Notes under the pieces: model-generated
Database searches by the model: none
Told to the model about the DNA's origin: nothing
What the model saw: the letters and a program-made list of their open reading frames with translations, nothing else
Shown: positions 1-7,945 of the stretch, one piece after another
Layout: every line of letters begins with the position of its first letter
How positions within the stretch are numbered: the stretch's first letter is position 1
Made by a program: the position numbers and the translations under genes
Origin: Candidatus Saccharimonadales bacterium
GTDB lineage: Bacteria > Chloroflexota > Limnocylindria > Limnocylindrales > CSP1-4
Reading direction: 5' to 3'
Assembly: GCA_035629655.1 (NCBI GenBank)
Contig: DASPHN010000010.1
Coordinates: 1-39,453, forward strand
DNA: 39,453 nucleotides

Positions 1-413
1 TCCCGAACAGCCGGATCACCGCGACGCATCGGGCACCGGCCGACAACCCGAGCACCGAAGCGGGGGAGGTCCTGACCGTCGACTTCGAGCTTGATGGTCG
101 CTCGTTCATCGCCCTCGACGGCGGCCCGGAGTTCACGTTCACCGAAGCGCTGTCCCTGAGCATCGATTGCGAGGACCAGGCCGAGGTCGATCGGTACTGG
201 GATGCCCTGGTGGAGGGCGGTGGGGAGCACAGCGTGTGCGGCTGGCTCAAGGATCGGTTCGGCGTCTCGTGGCAGGTCGTCCCACGTCAGCTCCAAGAGA
301 TGCTCGACAGCGACGACCGCGCGGGTGCCAAGCGAGCGATGGAGGCCATGCTCAAGATGCGCAAGCTCGACGTCGAACAGCTGCGCGACGCGTTCGAGGG
401 CGTGCCCGCCTGA
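1..413 (+). CDS. PhnB-like VOC/glyoxalase-fold protein (3-demethylubiquinone-9 3-methyltransferase-domain family), C-terminal part; 5' end lies outside the window
   Basis: Frame 3 is open from base 3 to TGA 411-413. The translation ...FELDGRSFIALDGGPEFTFTEALSLSIDCEDQAEVDRYWDALVEGGGEHSVCGWLKDRFGVSWQVVP... carries the CGWLKDxFGxSWQxVP signature typical of PhnB/YjdN-type proteins. Confidence 0.8.
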   Translation, partial: PNSRITATHRAPADNPSTEAGEVLTVDFELDGRSFIALDGGPEFTFTEALSLSIDCEDQAEVDRYWDALVEGGGEHSVCGWLKDRFGVSWQVVPRQLQEMLDSDDRAGAKRAMEAMLKMRKLDVEQLRDAFEGVPA

Positions 414-497
414 CCGACGGCGCGGCGTCCCTGCACCAGCGGAACGGCGCGGGTCCCGAGTGGGGCCCGCGCCGTTCGGTGTCGGAGCTCGTCGGCG

Positions 498-1319
498 TCA
501 GCGCCGGACGATCACCGCTTCCAGATACTCGCTTTCGACGATCATCGTGCCGTCCGTCGCCCGGTTGAACCGCGCGATCAGGTCCAGGAGGTCACGCTCC
601 AACGCCGCAGACCCGGCCTCGCCGACCGCCTCGAACGACTTGAGGGTCGGGCCGTAGTACGTGCGCCAATAGGCGATGTACTCGGCCGGCGAACGATCCC
701 GGAACACGAGGTGCTTCTTCTCGACACGCAGTTCGGCGATCGCGTCGCCGAACAGCTCTCGGAGGCGATCCTCGGTGCCCCACAGGATCGGCGACCGAAG
801 GCCGGCCGGTGGTGGGACATGCTTGCCGTTCGTCTTGAACAGCTGCCCGATGAAGCCCTCGGGCGTATGGGCCACGAGTCCGATCCGGCCTCCCGGCCGG
901 GTGACGCGCGCCAGCTCGGCGGCTGTCCGCTCCTGGTCCGGGGCGAACATGGCCCCGAAGACCGAGCTCACGACGTCGAACTCGCCGGCTTCGAAGGGGA
1001 GGGCCTCGGCGTCGCCTTCGACGAACTCGGCCCCGACACCTTCGGCGACGGCTCGCTGGCGGGCCCGCTCGAGCAGGGCCGGAACGTAGTCCAGGCCGAT
1101 GACCGTGCAGCCGCGACGCGCGGCAGCGAGCGCGGCGTTGCCGCTGCCCGTCGCGACGTCGAGAACACGCTCGGTCGAATGGACGTCGAGGGATTCGATG
1201 AGCAGCTCGGACACGAGCACGATCTGCGTGCCGATCATGTGGTAGTCGCCTGACGACCACGTGGCCTGCTGCTTCTGCTTGATCGCGGCCAGGTCAGGTT
1301 GTGTGGCGAGATCCGTCAT
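498..1319 (-). CDS. class I SAM-dependent methyltransferase (Methyltransf_11-like)
   Basis: SAM motif I VLDVATGSGNAALAAARRG, followed by GLDYVPALLERARQRA and FDVVSSVFGAMF. Start set at ATG 1317-1319 (MTDLATQP...), preceded by AAGGAG with a 5-nt spacer. The track start at 1409 adds an Arg-rich extension with no SD. Confidence 0.85.
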   Translation of the reverse strand: MTDLATQPDLAAIKQKQQATWSSGDYHMIGTQIVLVSELLIESLDVHSTERVLDVATGSGNAALAAARRGCTVIGLDYVPALLERARQRAVAEGVGAEFVEGDAEALPFEAGEFDVVSSVFGAMFAPDQERTAAELARVTRPGGRIGLVAHTPEGFIGQLFKTNGKHVPPPAGLRSPILWGTEDRLRELFGDAIAELRVEKKHLVFRDRSPAEYIAYWRTYYGPTLKSFEAVGEAGSAALERDLLDLIARFNRATDGTMIVESEYLEAVIVRR

Positions 1320-1415
1320 GTGCGCTCCTTGTGCAAGGCTGGACACCTCGCAGCCTCGGGCCCTTCGAGCGGTCGCACATCGGCCATCCGGCCGATGTCG
1401 GGTGGTCATTCGCCT

Positions 1416-2111
1416 TTATTTCGCGCCGCTCCGGCCCGGGCTGACCCCGTCAGCCTCCGGTCGACGCAGAGCGTAGACCTGCCCCGTCATCCGCCCGAGG
1501 TCCTCCAGCTCGGTCGTCGTCCGGACCGGGTAGGACGCCAGCGGTCGCAGGACATCCTTCGGAAGGTAGCGCCGGTCGGGGTCCCCGATCACGATCGCGA
1601 TCCCGGCCTCGCCTGCTCGCTCCAGCCATGGCAGCACTCGTGTCGCAAGGGTCTCGTCATACCAGCAGTCGCCGGCCAGGATGACGTCGATCCCAGGCGG
1701 GGGCGCGTCGTCGAGGACGTCCCGAACCATCACCGACACACGACCGCCGTTCGCCCGCGCATTGCGCTCGATGGCGGCCGCCGCGAATGGATCGATGTCG
1801 ACGCAGGTCGCCTCGGCCGCACCGGCTCGCATCGCGGCGATGGCACAGAGGCCGGATCCTGCGCCGAGGTCCAGGACACGTCGGTGGGCGACGACCTCCG
1901 GATGCTCGCGAAGGTATCGGCCGATCGCCAGCCCGCCGCCCCAGGCGAAGGCCCAGTAGGGCAGGGGGGCGTCCGGATCACCCGTCTCGACCTGGAGCGC
2001 CCGCCACAGCGGGAGCACCTCGTCCGCGAGATGGAGTCGCACCTCCTCCAGGCCGGGGACAGGCCGCAGGCGCGTGTGGCGAAGGACGAACGCGCGGCGA
2101 GAGTCGACGAT
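1416..2111 (-). CDS. small-domain SAM-dependent methyltransferase (COG3897 / PrmA-like, nicotinamide N-methylase-like); probable non-canonical ATC start
   Basis: Motifs RVLDLGAGSGLCAIAAMRAGA and CVDIDPFAAAAIERNARANG. The conserved N-terminal stretch AFVLRHTRLRPVPGLEEVRLHLADE lies upstream of the first canonical start (GTG 2042). The only initiation-like context is GGGAGG-CAACC-ATC at 2109-2122. The 3' end is firm; the start is uncertain (2111 vs 2042). Confidence 0.7.
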   Translation of the reverse strand: MVDSRRAFVLRHTRLRPVPGLEEVRLHLADEVLPLWRALQVETGDPDAPLPYWAFAWGGGLAIGRYLREHPEVVAHRRVLDLGAGSGLCAIAAMRAGAAEATCVDIDPFAAAAIERNARANGGRVSVMVRDVLDDAPPPGIDVILAGDCWYDETLATRVLPWLERAGEAGIAIVIGDPDRRYLPKDVLRPLASYPVRTTTELEDLGRMTGQVYALRRPEADGVSPGRSGAK

Positions 2112-2129
2112 GGTTGCCTCCCGGGCGGA

Positions 2130-2651
2130 TCAGCGCGGGCCGCTGAACCGGTCGTCGGAGCGCACGGCGGACGGATCGCCGAGCCGGCCCTCATACCAGC
2201 CGATGCGCGCACCCGGCCGGTCGTCGAGCGGCGGCACGTACGGCTTCATGTCGAGCAGCGGCGTGCCGTCGAGCATGTCGACGTCCTCGATCTCGAGTGT
2301 CGGGCCGTCCATCGCGACGAGCCGGACGACCGACAGTCCGATCGGGACGGGCCTGGCCGGCGACCGCGTCGCGAACAGTCCGTGGGGCCGGTCATCGAAG
2401 AACGAGTGGACCGTGAGCTTGACCGGCCCGACCCGATGGAGGTGGTAGAGCAGGATGAGGTGGCTCATCCCGTCGAGGTCGGCGAGTCCCTCGACGAGGG
2501 CCGGGTCGAGTTCGATCCGGCCGCCGATGCCGATCGCGCCGGCGGACTGGACCGGCATCCCGGCCACCTCGCCGAATGGCGTCCGGATGACGCCGATGGG
2601 TCGGTAGGTGACCTCGGACGTCAGCGCGTCCTGCGGCTCGTTCTCAGGCAT
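2130..2651 (-). CDS. trmO: tRNA (N6-threonylcarbamoyladenosine(37)-N6)-methyltransferase TrmO (YaeB/TsaA family)
   Basis: YRPIGVIRTPF, HLILLYHLH, ATRSPARPVPIGLSVVRL and DGTPLLDMKPYVP are the characteristic TrmO/UPF0066 motifs. ATG 2649-2651 is preceded by GGGAGGG. Confidence 0.85.
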   Translation of the reverse strand: MPENEPQDALTSEVTYRPIGVIRTPFGEVAGMPVQSAGAIGIGGRIELDPALVEGLADLDGMSHLILLYHLHRVGPVKLTVHSFFDDRPHGLFATRSPARPVPIGLSVVRLVAMDGPTLEIEDVDMLDGTPLLDMKPYVPPLDDRPGARIGWYEGRLGDPSAVRSDDRFSGPR

Positions 2652-2693
2652 CGGACCCTCCCGGTGGCATCGTGCCGCAGGCGCCGGCCTGTG

Positions 2694-3536
2694 TCACGTG
2701 ATGGCGCGTGCATCGAGGACGCGGCCCCAGTGGAAGACCCGGACGGCGACCAGCACGCCGAACGCCGCGAGCACGAGGATGGCGGCGGCCGCGATCGAGG
2801 CGTCCAGGGCACCACCCTGGAACTCGCTGTAGACGACGAGCGGGAGCGTCTGGGTCCGGCCCTCGATGCTTCCCGCGAACATGATCGTCGCTCCGAACTC
2901 GCCGAGCGCGCGCGCCCAGGTCATCACCAGTCCCGCGGCAAGCGCGGCACTGGCCAGTGGGACGGTGATCGACCGGAAGAGCTGCGGCTCGGTGGCACCG
3001 TCGACGCGGGCCGCGTCCTCCAGGTCGCGATCCACGGTCGCGATGCCGGTTCGTGCCGAGCGGATGAAGAAGGGTGCCGAGACGAACGTCTGGGCCAGGA
3101 TGACCGCGACCGTCGTGAACGGGATCGACACGCCGAGCACCTCGAGCGAGGGGCCGACGAGCCCGCGCCGGCCGAAGACGAGCAGGAGCGCCAGACCGGC
3201 GACCGCCGGCGGCAGCACGATCGGCAGGTCCACGACGGCCTCGAGCAGCCCCTTGCCTCGGAACTGCCGCCGCGCCAGGACGAATGCGAGCGGAAGCCCG
3301 AAGACGATCGTGATCCCGAGGCTGATCGAGGTGGTCACGAGACTCAGGACCAGGGCGTCGAGCACGACCGGCGAGGCAAGCGCATTCGAGAGCGAGCCAT
3401 CGAGGATCGCCCGAACGACGAGGGTCATGACCGGCAGGCCAAGGAACAGCGCGAAGAGGGCGGCGAGGGCGGTCAGCGATCGCTCACCCCAACCACCGCG
3501 CGGACGAGGCGATGGGTGGTCGATCGCGTGCTCCAT
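2694..3536 (-). CDS. modB: molybdate ABC transporter permease ModB
   Basis: EAA-loop region EDAARVDGATEPQLFRSITVPLA and the ModB-type GEFGATIMFAGSIEGRTQTLPLVVY; multiple TM segments. Start taken at ATG 3534-3536, overlapping the modA stop (TGATG). The track start at 3602 would overlap modA by 67 nt. Confidence 0.85.
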   Translation of the reverse strand: MEHAIDHPSPRPRGGWGERSLTALAALFALFLGLPVMTLVVRAILDGSLSNALASPVVLDALVLSLVTTSISLGITIVFGLPLAFVLARRQFRGKGLLEAVVDLPIVLPPAVAGLALLLVFGRRGLVGPSLEVLGVSIPFTTVAVILAQTFVSAPFFIRSARTGIATVDRDLEDAARVDGATEPQLFRSITVPLASAALAAGLVMTWARALGEFGATIMFAGSIEGRTQTLPLVVYSEFQGGALDASIAAAAILVLAAFGVLVAVRVFHWGRVLDARAIT

Positions 3537-4390
3537 CACGACGACGGCGGGAGGAACCCGAGCTCGCCCAGGATGCCCTGGCCATCCGGTCCCGCCAACC
3601 ACTCGAGGAAGCGCGTTGCCGCCTCGACGTGCGGCGATGCCTTGACGACGACGCCGTCGTACCTGGCCGGGACGTTCGCGGCGGCCGGGAGGGCGATGGT
3701 CGCGACCTTGTCCGAGGCCCTGGCGTCGGTGCTGTACACGATCGCGCCGTCACCCTCGCCCAGCTCGATCTTGGCCCGGACCGCGGCGACGTTGTCCTCC
3801 TTCGACACGACGTTGCGCGCGTAGGCGGCCGCGAAGTCGGCCGGTGCGCCGGGCTCTCCGGCGAGGTTGTCCACGAGCTGGGTCGCGTACGTCGTGATCG
3901 GCACCTCGTCGCCGGCGGCGATGACCCGGATGCCCGCCTTGGCGAGGTCGAACGGTGTGGCCAGGTGGGCCACGTCGTCCTTCGGCGTGATGATGGCCAG
4001 CTCGTTCGTCGCGACGTTGATCGGCGCACCGGCGGCCAGGCCCGCGTCGACGAGCTTCTGCAGGTGGATCGTGTCGGCCGACAGGAAGAGATCCGCCGGG
4101 GCGCCCTGCTCGATCTGCGTCTCGAGCGCCGCCGAGGAGTCGGTCGAGATGGTCAGGGTCGTCCCAGGGTTGGCCGCCTCGTAGGCGGCCTCGGCCCGCT
4201 CGAGCGCTCCCTTGAGCGATGCCGCACCGAAGATGGTGAGCTCGACCTCGACGCTGGCCGCCGACGCGGCGATGGAGGCTGCCGAGCTTGGGAGGACGGA
4301 CACCGACGTCCCGGTCCCGCCGCCGCTGCCGGTGCATGCGGCGAGGATCGCCACCAGGAGGGCGACGAGCGAGGACACGCCACGACTCAC
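3536..4390 (-). CDS. modA: molybdate ABC transporter substrate-binding lipoprotein ModA
   Basis: Lipobox LVAILAAC near the N-terminus. IFGAASLKGALE...SSAALETQIEQGAPADLFLSAD is the typical ModA pattern. The GTG start at 4388-4390 overlaps the stop of the upstream regulator (GTGA). Confidence 0.85.
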   Translation of the reverse strand: MSRGVSSLVALLVAILAACTGSGGGTGTSVSVLPSSAASIAASAASVEVELTIFGAASLKGALERAEAAYEAANPGTTLTISTDSSAALETQIEQGAPADLFLSADTIHLQKLVDAGLAAGAPINVATNELAIITPKDDVAHLATPFDLAKAGIRVIAAGDEVPITTYATQLVDNLAGEPGAPADFAAAYARNVVSKEDNVAAVRAKIELGEGDGAIVYSTDARASDKVATIALPAAANVPARYDGVVVKASPHVEAATRFLEWLAGPDGQGILGELGFLPPSS

Positions 4391-4824
4391 GATCTGGATT
4401 CTCTCGGTGAGGGGATCTCGACCATCACGTTGGTGGCCTTCACGACGCAGACGGCCTCATCGCCGACCTTGATGTCGAGCTCGTCGACCGCCTCGGCGGT
4501 CATCAGGCTGACGAGCCGGTGCGGACCGGCCATCACCTCGACGACGGCCGCGACGCCGTCGCGCTCGACGCGCGTGACGATCCCCGCGAAGCGGTTGCGG
4601 GCGGACTGCGCGACGATCGGGCGCTCGCTGGCCGCCTTGCGGCGTTCCTCGAGCAGGCGCGACACCTCGTCGATGTGGATGAGCCGCTGACCGCCATCCG
4701 ATCGCTCCATGCGAACCCGGCCGTTGGCCTCCCAGCGGCGCAGGGTCTCCACGGAGACCTGCAGCATCTCGGCGGCCTGGCCGACGCGGAGCCGGTGCGG
4801 TGGGATCCGGTCGGTGTCGCTCAT
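4387..4824 (-). CDS. molybdenum-responsive regulator candidate: MerR/excisionase-type HTH fused to a TOBE/Mop molybdate-binding domain
   Basis: HTH LRVGQAAEMLQVSVETLRRWEANGRV, then the TOBE-like SARNRFAGIVTRVERDGVAAVVEVMAGPHRLVSLMTAEAVDELDIKVGDEAVCVVKATNVMVE. Start chosen at ATG 4822-4824 (MSDTDR...). First gene of the mod operon. Confidence 0.75.
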   Translation of the reverse strand: MSDTDRIPPHRLRVGQAAEMLQVSVETLRRWEANGRVRMERSDGGQRLIHIDEVSRLLEERRKAASERPIVAQSARNRFAGIVTRVERDGVAAVVEVMAGPHRLVSLMTAEAVDELDIKVGDEAVCVVKATNVMVEIPSPRESRS

Positions 4825-4929
4825 CCCTAGGAGTATCGACCCGGCCGGGCATGGATGTCTAGGGACCGACGCGACGGGTCGCGGATGCGCGACACTCATC
4901 CGGCGCGACCCACCCAGGAAGGAATCGCC

Positions 4930-5313
4930 GTGGCCACCCCTCGCTTCACGATGGTCGTTCTGCTCGTCGAAGACCTGGCGCGTTCCGTCGCGTTCTATCG
5001 GCACCTCGGCGTGGCGTTCCCACCGGATGCCGAAACCCGCCGGGACGTCGGGGTCGACATCGGCGACGGCCGAACCTTGATCTTCACGACCACGTTCGTC
5101 GGCAATGTCCCGGATCGTCAGCCGCCGGCCGGCGGGTCACGGATCATGCTCGAGTTCTTCGTCGACGATCCTGCCGCGGTCGATGGCCTGCACGTCGAGC
5201 TGACCGAGGCCGGCTACCGCAGCCGCCGCGCCCCGTTCCGCACGGACTTCGATGCGTACATGTGCCTGGTCGATGACCCCGACGGCAACACGGTCCTGAT
5301 CACGGCCGGCTGA
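4930..5313 (+). CDS. VOC family protein (glyoxalase/bleomycin-resistance fold)
   Basis: FTMVVLLVEDLARSVAFYRHLGV...MLEFFVDDPAAVDGLHVELTEAGY...AYMCLVDDPDGNTVLI is a typical VOC beta-alpha-beta-beta-beta pattern. GTG 4930 follows AGGAAGGA. The track ATG at 4855 would leave only 30 nt to the divergent gene. Confidence 0.75.
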   Translation: MATPRFTMVVLLVEDLARSVAFYRHLGVAFPPDAETRRDVGVDIGDGRTLIFTTTFVGNVPDRQPPAGGSRIMLEFFVDDPAAVDGLHVELTEAGYRSRRAPFRTDFDAYMCLVDDPDGNTVLITAG

Positions 5314-5436
5314 CGCCGGCGGGTACACTCGGCATCCATCACGACATCCGCTGCACGCGGCCCCACCCGGGGGAACCATGACCGACGACTTCGCGATCCG
5401 CGGGGCGCAGGACCGCGTCGTCCACGGCTCGGCCTG

Positions 5437-6435
5437 ATGCGCTTCTTCCGGCGAGACCCGAAGTCCGGCGGTCGCGAGGCGATCGCCTCGTTCTGGGCGT
5501 GGTGGGACGAGGCCCGTCATCGCGTCGCTGCGTCGATCGCCGCGGGTCAGGCCGGCAGCCTCGTGGGCGAGCTCTCCGGTCACGTCGACGCGATCGACCG
5601 TCGGCTTGCCTGGGAGCTGTCCGCCGGACGGTCGTCGCAGCACGCGCTGATCGTCACGCCCGAGGGCGACCCAGCGGTCCGCGCGTTGGCCCTCGAGTGG
5701 CGGGCGGCCGCGCCCGAGCCCGACGGGACGTGGGAGTATCACGCGTCACGTCAGGCTGGTCCGCTCGGGCATCTGGCCATGGATGGCGTCGAGATCGACT
5801 TGAGCGCCTACCGGGCGATCTCCAGCTGGGACGAGAACCGGCAGCGGGTCGATGTCCGCCTCTGGCACCCCACGATGTCGAGCGCGCCGGCCGCCGCCAG
5901 CATCCGGGCGGCCTACCTCTTCCTGGACAACCTGCTCGGCGAGGACGGCGTCGAGCGGTGGGTCGGCACGATCGACCTGCTCGAGGCGGAGACCGTGGGT
6001 CGATCGCCGGACGAGCTGCGCGCCGAGGTCGAGCGTCGCAGCGCGGAGGCGAGTGGCGAGTCGTGGGTCCTCGCCGAGGGCGACGGCGGGCTCTATCTGG
6101 TCAACCTCGCGGTCAAGCCGATCGACCATCCCTGGAAGCACTGGCACGTCGTGGTGACGGTCGACCGCGGCCTGGAGGAGCTCAGTCACTCGACGGAGCT
6201 GCCCGAGCTGGACGCGGCCGAGGACCGCCTGGTGGAGGCCATGACCTCGGCGGAGTCCATCCACCTCGGCCATGTGACCGATCGGAAGCGCCGACGCATC
6301 CACTTCATGTGTGCCGACGGCGATCGCGGTCGGGCGGTCGGCCAGGCATGGGCGGACCAGGAGCGCCACTTCGGGCCACGGGTCGATGTCGAGGACGACC
6401 CGAGCTGGTCGGTCCGGAGCGAGCTCGGGCTCTGA
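5437..6435 (+). CDS. hypothetical protein; the C-terminal half resembles DUF695 (weak, by eye)
   Basis: Long ORF with natural amino-acid composition and high GC3, unlike the overlapping frames. I recognise no catalytic motif. The DUF695 assignment rests on the general pattern around ...PELDAAEDRLVEAM...HLGHVTDRKRRRIHFMCAD. Confidence 0.55.
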   Translation: MRFFRRDPKSGGREAIASFWAWWDEARHRVAASIAAGQAGSLVGELSGHVDAIDRRLAWELSAGRSSQHALIVTPEGDPAVRALALEWRAAAPEPDGTWEYHASRQAGPLGHLAMDGVEIDLSAYRAISSWDENRQRVDVRLWHPTMSSAPAAASIRAAYLFLDNLLGEDGVERWVGTIDLLEAETVGRSPDELRAEVERRSAEASGESWVLAEGDGGLYLVNLAVKPIDHPWKHWHVVVTVDRGLEELSHSTELPELDAAEDRLVEAMTSAESIHLGHVTDRKRRRIHFMCADGDRGRAVGQAWADQERHFGPRVDVEDDPSWSVRSELGL

Positions 6436-6436
6436 G

Positions 6437-7441
6437 GTGACGAAGGCGGGTCGGTCCAGCGGGTCGAGGGCAGCCCTGCCGAGCTTCATCCCACCCATGC
6501 TGGCGACGCTCGTCAGCGAGCCCTTCGACGATCCGGACTGGAGCTTCGAGGTCAAGTGGGACGGCTTTCGGGTCGAGGCGATCGTCGACGGCGACGCCGT
6601 CCGGCTCCGGACACGCAAGGAGCAGGACGCGGCACGCTACTTCGGCCCGTTCCTCGAGCCTCGGACGTGGATCGAGGCTCGGCAGGCGATCGTCGACGGA
6701 GAGGTCATCGCGCTCGACGAGCGCGGCGAGCCCGACTTCGTGCTGCTTCAGGCCCGCATCAAGGGGAAGGCCACGGCCGGCGTCCCGACACCGTTCGTCT
6801 ACGAGGTCTTCGACCTGTTGTACCTGGACGGCCGGTCGCTGCTCGACGAGCCGCTCGAGGAGCGACGCCGGCTCCTTGCCGAGGTCGTTCGCGCCGACCC
6901 GCGGGTCCGACTGAGCGACGACATCGCCGGCGAGGGGATCGCCTTCTTCGAGGCGGCCAGGATCCGTGGGCTCGAAGGGATCATGGCCAAGGACCGCCGT
7001 TCCACCTACCAGCCCGGCGGTCGCTCGATGGCCTGGCAGAAGATCAAGATCCGTCCGGAGCAGGAGCTGGTGCTGGGCGGCTATGCGCGCGGCCTGGGCA
7101 GCGCGGTCGATCTCGGCGCGCTCCTCGTCGGCGTGTACGAGGAGGGACGGCTGCGCTATGCCGGCAAGATCGGAGCGGGCTTCAACGACGGGCGACGGGC
7201 GGAGCTGCTCGCCGCGCTTGAGCCGATCGTCGTCGACGCGTCCCCCTTCGATCCGCTGCCGCCGCGGGCCGTTACCAAGAGCGCGATCTGGGTTCGCCCG
7301 ACGATCGTGATCCGGGCGGAGTTCGCCGGCTGGACCGGCGACGGTCTCGTGCGACAGGCGGCCTACAAGGGACTGGACCTCGGCAAGGATCCACGGGCCG
7401 TGATCCGCGAGGTGCCGCGAGACCCAGGCCCCGCCGGGTAG
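6437..7441 (+). CDS. ATP-dependent DNA ligase, LigD ligase-domain / LigC-like (stand-alone)
   Basis: PPMLATLVSEPFDDPDWSFEVKWDGFRVEA contains adenylation motif I KxDG. Also EVIALDERGEPDF, FVYEVFDLLYLDG, GLEGIMAKDRRSTYQPGGRSMAWQKIK (motifs IV-V) and an OB-domain tail. GTG 6437 sits 1 nt after the upstream stop. The track start at 6311 overlaps the previous gene. Confidence 0.85.
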   Translation: MTKAGRSSGSRAALPSFIPPMLATLVSEPFDDPDWSFEVKWDGFRVEAIVDGDAVRLRTRKEQDAARYFGPFLEPRTWIEARQAIVDGEVIALDERGEPDFVLLQARIKGKATAGVPTPFVYEVFDLLYLDGRSLLDEPLEERRRLLAEVVRADPRVRLSDDIAGEGIAFFEAARIRGLEGIMAKDRRSTYQPGGRSMAWQKIKIRPEQELVLGGYARGLGSAVDLGALLVGVYEEGRLRYAGKIGAGFNDGRRAELLAALEPIVVDASPFDPLPPRAVTKSAIWVRPTIVIRAEFAGWTGDGLVRQAAYKGLDLGKDPRAVIREVPRDPGPAG

Positions 7442-7538
7442 ACACCGGGCCGACGTGCCCGGGAGCCCTCGCCACGCTGGGACGCGCGCTCGCGACGCGC
7501 CGCCCGTCGGCTACGCTTCGCGTGACTGGAGGACGACG

Positions 7539-7931
7539 ATGGCCGAGCTCGAGCGCAGCTTCACGGTGTTGGCCGGCGCCGACGCGGCCTTCGAGTTCCT
7601 CTCGGACCCCGTCCGCCTTCCGTCCTACGTCCCCAACCTCCGGCTCGAGGATTCGACGGCGGTGGAGGGTGAGCTCGACGTCGATGCCGATCTCGCGGCC
7701 CGGACCGGCGCGCCCGAGGCTGGCTTCGTCGCCGATCGCGCGACCCGGCGGATCGACTGGGGCCGGGATGGCGACCCGTACGGCGGCTCCATCGTCGTCA
7801 GCGAAGGCACGACCAATACCTCGAGCGTGACGGTTCGCCTGCGGACCCGCGACGACGCCGACGCGGCCGAGGTCCAGCGCGTCTTCGACGAGGCCGTCGC
7901 GAACATCCGTCGACTGGTCCCGTCACGGTAG
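7539..7931 (+). CDS. SRPBCC family protein (polyketide cyclase/dehydrase-like fold)
   Basis: MAELERSFTVLAGADAAFEFLSDPVRLPSYVPNL is a typical SRPBCC N-terminus. ATG 7539 is preceded by GGAGGACGACG. Confidence 0.65.
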   Translation: MAELERSFTVLAGADAAFEFLSDPVRLPSYVPNLRLEDSTAVEGELDVDADLAARTGAPEAGFVADRATRRIDWGRDGDPYGGSIVVSEGTTNTSSVTVRLRTRDDADAAEVQRVFDEAVANIRRLVPSR

Positions 7932-7945
7932 GGAAGGGCGTGCAC

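Noticed and set aside
2130-2132. Stop-codon read-through or selenocysteine at the trmO TGA, producing a TrmO-methyltransferase fusion (same frame on both sides)
   Set aside because: A full GGGAGG SD and an initiation-like ATC follow the stop, which indicates separate initiation. I saw no SECIS-like hairpin, and TrmO ends at its usual length. The same-frame arrangement is noted under the ATC-start finding.
1299-3824. 841-aa ORF on the + strand spanning four - strand genes
   Set aside because: The translation is Arg/Pro/Gly/Asp-rich low-complexity sequence with no motifs. It is antisense to clearly recognisable trmO, modB and methyltransferase genes. This is a typical stop-free shadow frame in very GC-rich DNA.
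4870-4883. Inverted repeat CGCGAC-GG-GTCGCG, and the CCCTAG...CTAGGG pair, in the mod regulator / VOC divergent region
   Set aside because: Six-bp GC-only arms are expected by chance at this GC content. There is no resemblance to known ModE boxes that I can assert. The site could still be tested as a regulator site.
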